Positions 55,630-64,000 of a stretch of DNA of 64,000 bases are shown here, piece after piece. Where the stretch lies: NCBI RefSeq assembly GCF_009914755.1, contig NC_060927.1, one strand, 5' to 3'. Under the pieces are notes generated by a model. That model was not told where the DNA came from and did not search any database. It saw only the letters and a list, made by a program, of their open reading frames with translations. Each line of letters opens with the position of its first letter. Position 1 is the stretch's first letter. The position numbers and the translations under genes are program-made. Source of the stretch: the human T2T-CHM13v2.0 reference genome, Homo sapiens.

Positions 55630-58500
<2,871 letters not shown>

Positions 58501-59149
58501 AAGTCAGATTGTAACTTACATACGCATTTTTTAAAAAGGCCAATCCACTCTTGTCATACATAGGAGAAAAATGTGTATTTCCCCATGGAAATACGTGGGC
58601 ATGACACCCTAGAAAACATGTCGTCAGCTGTCTCCCTTACTATTATGATTAAGTCTGGATGTGAGAAATAAGATCACAGCCATTTCCACACAAAATATAC
58701 AGGAAAGGAAAGAACAGAGGTCACATTCAGGAGCATTTGGTGCACCTTAAAACCAGCAAACACACTTTGTGTTTATATGTAAAAGGAGGTACCCGTCAGT
58801 CTTCAGTAACTACGAATTGTTCTCACCTCTGTGAGAATCAACAGGGCCTCTGAAAGACATGCAAGCTGAGGGCACTTCCCCGGGGAGGGACAGCTGACAC
58901 ACGTAAGTCATTTAGCGTCTGCAGTCCCTGCCCATTAAAAGGCAGCAGCACTCTTCTAACACCATGTCAATCAGAAAAGCCCCAGAAGGTTTTGGGACAT
59001 CCCCAGGGAGGAGTAAGAACTCCCTGAAGCATCCCTACTGAAACAGAGGGACCCTGTGCCCTGCTGACCTCTTAGTGATGGCGGCTTTCTCTCTGTGTCC
59101 CACGGGTACTTCTTGGTCCTCACCACCACCTCCACACCACTGTCCCAAG

Positions 59150-61385
59150 GGTATAATCTGACTATGCCGCTGCTACTCCCTCTCGCCATGGTCGTCAATT
59201 CCTATGATCTTGCAGCTGGCCAGGCAGTGTTCTTCACCGCTTCTCCTGCCCTGCTTCGAATTGCAATTTCCATATCCACACGGATAATTTTCCAGGAACT
59301 TTCACCATCTCACCGCCAAACTATCTCAACCACCCACTCCCGTGGCCAAACCTGCATCTTGTCATTACCAATAACTACATCAATTTTTAAATGAATTTAG
59401 CATTTCCAATCAGTTACCCCTACCTTCCCACCTCACTTTCTCTAGTATCTTCCACTCCAATGATCCTCTGAGTCATTTAAAACTCCACTTTACTGAACCC
59501 GCCTTCTCTCCACCATCCCGGGCCCTGGGAGGGCTTCCTCACCCTCCTGACGCACCGTGTTCCATCACACTGTTTAATCATCCTCATGCCTCATGTCTTT
59601 CTTTCTCCTTCTGGCCCACTTGGCAATATCTAGCCCCAGCCAAACCCAACCCTCCATCTACTCTGTACTTGCATCCATGAAGGTAAACACAGCTAGACAA
59701 AGACCCACCACCATAATGATGGGTCTCATCCTAAACTCGTGACTGTGAACCTTAAGCAGTTAAACCTCCTGTGTTTACTGGGTCCATTTCCCCTGCTGCT
59801 CATCTATGCAATGACTTCACCTCCTCTACGGACCAGCAGACTTCATGCCTGCCACATTCCCTTCCTGTGCTTTGTCAGCACTTCTTCTTTCCACGGAGCC
59901 TCTACGTGGGCATGAAAACATGCTGTTGTGTGCCCCATCTTCACCGCCCCTCGGCCGCTCCTGTCCCTCCAGCATCCACTCCGTGTTTCTCCTGCCCTTT
60001 ACAAAGAACCCTTATGAAAAAATTTCTGTGATCTCATCTCTGCTTCTTCTGCTCCCGTTCTGCTAATTATTATTACTATTTTTTCATGTGACTTATTTTT
60101 TAGAAGTTTGATTTTAAGCTACCTTTAGATTTACAGAAGAATTGTAAAAATTGTGCAGAGAATTTGTTTTCCCTCACTCAGCTTACTCCAGTGTTAACAT
60201 CTAATATGACTCATGCTTTTTTGAACTCAAGTTCTCATCATCCACCAAAAATATTCTCATTAAAGTCACGAATGACCTCTGCCATCTCCAACCTGAAGCC
60301 AGCCCTGGTCTGAATCACTCTGCTGGCAGCAGTTGGCAGAGCTAGGAATGTCGCTTTTGCAATTCGTTCACTCTCCTGTTTCCTGTCCCACTCACCATGC
60401 TTGTTTCTCCCTATCTTCTCAACTTTCAAATGTTGGAGAATTCCAAGCCTCAGTCTTTGTCCCTCTTCCTCCCTGCCCTGCACATACTCCCTAGGAAATC
60501 TCATCTACTTCTGACACCTGAAAACCATCTGTGCTGACAACTCTCAGATGTGCATGCCGACCCAGCCCAGCCCTCCATACTCCAGACTCGCATCCAGCTG
60601 CCTACACAACAACCCTGTTTTTCTGGAGAAGGCATCACAGACTCAACGTGCCACAAACAGAGCTCCAGGTCCTTCTGCTTCCCCCTGAGCCATTCTTATC
60701 TCCCTAAGTAGAGCTCCGTGCTTCAAGGTGCTCAGACCAAATGCTCTTGAGTCATTTCACTCCTCTCTCTGGCAAGCCCTACACCTAACACAGCAGTATG
60801 TTTCATTTCTACCGTCAGAGTATATCCAGAATTGAGCCACACTGTACCTACCTCCCTCACAGCCACCACCGGGATGAGCCATCCTCACCTTGCCTAGACT
60901 CTCAGCCTTCTGACTGGTCTCCATTTCCATGCTGCCTCCTCCACCTTCAGTCTGGTCTCACGGCATCAGTCTGAGGTGGATCTCCTCACTCCTCTGTGCA
61001 AACCCTCAGACAACTCCCGCGACTGACATTGTTTCCACCCCTCCCTGCCTGCGTTCTAACCACACTGGTCTCCCTGCTGTTCCTGGAAAAAGGCAAAGGT
61101 ACTCCTCCCTCTCCTCCGCTCCACCCCTTCCTCCTGGCTTCTGCTCAAGTCACTTTTTTTGGTGAGGATTTCCCCGAGCCCACCCACCATCACTCTGCAT
61201 CCTCCTTACTCTTTGTTTCACAGGACTTACCGCCAGCCGCTATTTATTTGTTTCCCACCTCTTCTCAGATAGATGGAAGGCTTCGTTGGTAAGGACTTAC
61301 TTTTCTGGACTACGCTATCTCCAGCACCTGTGACAATGCCTGGCACACCTCGGATGCTCTATGCGCATTTATTGAATGAATTATT
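59150..61385 (+). mobile_element. L2 LINE fragments
   Basis: CTCCAGACTCGCATCCAGCTGCCTAC, TGACTGGTCTCC, terminal ACAATGCCTGGCACAC...TTTATTGAATGAAT. Confidence 0.75.
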
Positions 61386-62106
61386 TCATGTATGATAATT
61401 ATCTCATAAGACCCGACAGAATAAACTGAGAACTTACAGGGTTGCAATTGAACATTTTTTTAATTAAAAAGGAAAACATATGCATGTCTAGAAATAAATG
61501 CTTTAAAGGAAAACAAACACCATGAAGATCATAAAAGAATGAATATAACATACTCATGAATAGAGCAAGCTAACAAGGTGGATGTCAGTTTGTTCTAACT
61601 TAATCTATACATTTTTATCCTAATCAATCTAGTTGGATTCCTTTGAAGGAATTAGACAAACTCACTTCAAAATTTATACAGAAGAAAAGAACTATAAATC
61701 ACTGTCAAGTCTGAAAAAGTAAAGCGAAAAGGGGTTAGAGTGGCTGTGAGGAGTTGGCCTAGTAGATACCAACATGCATTGAAATGTAACAAACAGAAGT
61801 AGAGAGTGAATGAAGGGACAGACCGGGGCACAGCCTGGAGAGCTCAGGAACAGACCCCTGGGCACACAAATGCCTGAAACATACACAGATGAGCCCTCGA
61901 ATCAATAGGGAAGATGCTTTGTTTAATAGCACTGGACCTGGCAGTGACCTGGAAAAAGATAAGTTCAGGTCCTTATGTAACATTATCTATAAGGATGGAC
62001 TCCCAGGCAACATCCAGGGAAAACTGTAAGGATATTTAAAAATAGAGGGGATCTGTGCAACCTGGAAGAGACCAAGGACTTTCATGGTTGTGTTTGGGGC
62101 TTCTAA

Positions 62107-62490
<384 letters not shown>

Positions 62491-62607
62491 TAAATATATT
62501 AACAGTAACCTGTATTATATATCATATATAATAATATAGAATTAAAATACAAAGATAAAACTTATATATATACATATAATTTTTTAAAATTGAGAAATAG
62601 CAGCAAC

Positions 62608-62783
62608 CAGTGGTCCTCAAACTTGAGCGTGCATCAGAATCATCTGGTGGACTTAAAACAGGTTGTCGGCCCAACATCTGGAATTTGTGAATCAGAATCT
62701 AGGGTGGGGCTGGAGAATGTGCATTTCACACAAGTTCCCAGGCGATGCTGATGCTGGGTTTGGTGGCACTTGGAGAACGCTCG
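62608..62783. mobile_element. MER5A hAT-Charlie DNA transposon
   Basis: CAGTGGTCCTCAAACTTGAGCGTGCATCAGAATCATCTGG...TGCATTTCACACAAGTTCCCAGGCGATGCTGATGCTG. Confidence 0.9.
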
Positions 62784-63330
62784 GCAAAGGTCATATTTGT
62801 TGACAGACACCGAGGAGACATTTGCATGGCCTAAGAATGAAAATGGATATCCAGAATTTACAATCCTGAAAATGACTGAAAGATATTCTACATAATTTAC
62901 AGACAGAGGAGGCCAAAGGGCTGACAGGAAGTCAAACCAGAACAATAGCTTGCTTGCCACTTTGTGCCTATCCACATGGAGACAGTCAAAGTGGGCTTCC
63001 AGCAAGAGGCCACGCTGTGTGGGGGCAGCTCAGGCACTGCCGAGGTAGGAAGTGGAAGAAGCTGTTCTGGAGAGGGACCTGCTGGCTGTCCCAAATAAAA
63101 TCAAGCATCATCTTCCCATGACTCAGAAAAATGTTCACACAAGCCCTAAAAGGTGGTGTGGGGATTTTCCCCGGGGCTCTCCGTGGAGTATTTATAGCAG
63201 GGAATCGAAGGCAGCCAACATCAGCAGGCAGGGGGGATGATGTCCTTGAGAGCAGTTGGAACCACAAACAGAATGTACATACAGCACAGTGCATCGATCT
63301 GAAATATCGTGCCTGCCGATAAAGAGCAAA

Positions 63331-64000
63331 GAAACAGTTTTTATAGCACGTCATTTATGTAATTTAAAAACATATGCATGCAAAGCTCATTTCACAAGGT
63401 TGCATGCATGCATATTTGGGGACTTAATAGCAAATCTACTAGAGTGCTGGCCCAGAACAAGGGCTGGGGAGGACAAAAGGTGCTGGTATGAGGGTTAGAG
63501 GGCAAAACGAAAAAAAAAGGTAGAAAAATACCAAATAGAGCAGCCCTGCATCTGCTCTGTGTTAAGGATAGTGAACTTACATCTGAGACGCTTCTAAAAA
63601 CAAAGTCCACAGCTGGCTGGGCTCCACCAGACATGTTTCTGATTGGTGGGTGGGTCTGGAGGGCTGCTTAGCACTCAAAGAGGCAGTGGCAGGCCCTGCA
63701 GGGTGACAGGGAGGAGAAGCGGGGGCAGCCAGGGTCCAGCTGAGAATCCTCAGTGGGGAAGGGGCAGGGGGCAGAGCTCTGAGCTGCAGCGGGCAAAGGC
63801 GCCCAGATACTGCACCTGGAGGTCCATTCTGAGGGAGGGGCTTTGCACTTCTTCAAGTAGGGAGCTCCTCTGGATGCTCCTCCACCAACTGCAGCCCTGG
63901 CTGGAGTCTGGCATCCCACCTGGGGACAGTGGCTGGAGGTAGCCTTGCCCACAATGGGAGGAGCTGAAAAGTAGATGAGTGGGAATCTTGCAGTGGGGGT
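63331..64000 (-). pseudogene. PRR23E2P: Inverted paralogue of PRR23E (3' CDS plus 3'UTR; continues past window end)
   Basis: Minus-strand translation ..[52 protein letters not shown], stop at 63668-63670; 3'UTR aligns with 39911-40220 and 40639-40695; internal frameshifts. Confidence 0.88.

Overview
Primate, almost certainly human, genomic DNA. I recognise it as the chr3q21.3 interval distal to PLXNA1. Much of the window is interspersed repeat: Alu, old L1M/L2, MaLR/ERV1/ERVL LTRs, MER5A/MER30/MER33/MER44 DNA transposons, a Y3-RNA retrocopy and an ~820-bp (TACACC)n-type microsatellite. The only convincing protein-coding gene is the two-exon PRR23E (C3orf56): CpG-rich promoter and exon 1 at ~35.5-35.8 kb, 242-aa CDS at 39182-39910. 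An inverted, decayed paralogue (PRR23E2P-like) runs off the right edge. The most interesting signal is that the locus looks like a decayed array of PRR23 modules. One further copy of the C-terminal module is visible at DNA level in the PRR23E 3'UTR. Motif-collinear relics appear in the PRR23E intron and at ~25.4-26.1 kb, with weaker candidates elsewhere. The intact gene keeps CGC-CGC-CGC for its terminal [10 protein letters not shown] (CDK site plus cyclin-docking RxL) motif, while the two DNA-alignable dead copies have lost all three arginines by CpG deamination. Splicing also creates an in-frame GTG start that would add a 33-aa PRR23-like N-terminus. Protein-family comparisons use sequences recalled from memory and aligned by eye, so they need computational confirmation.
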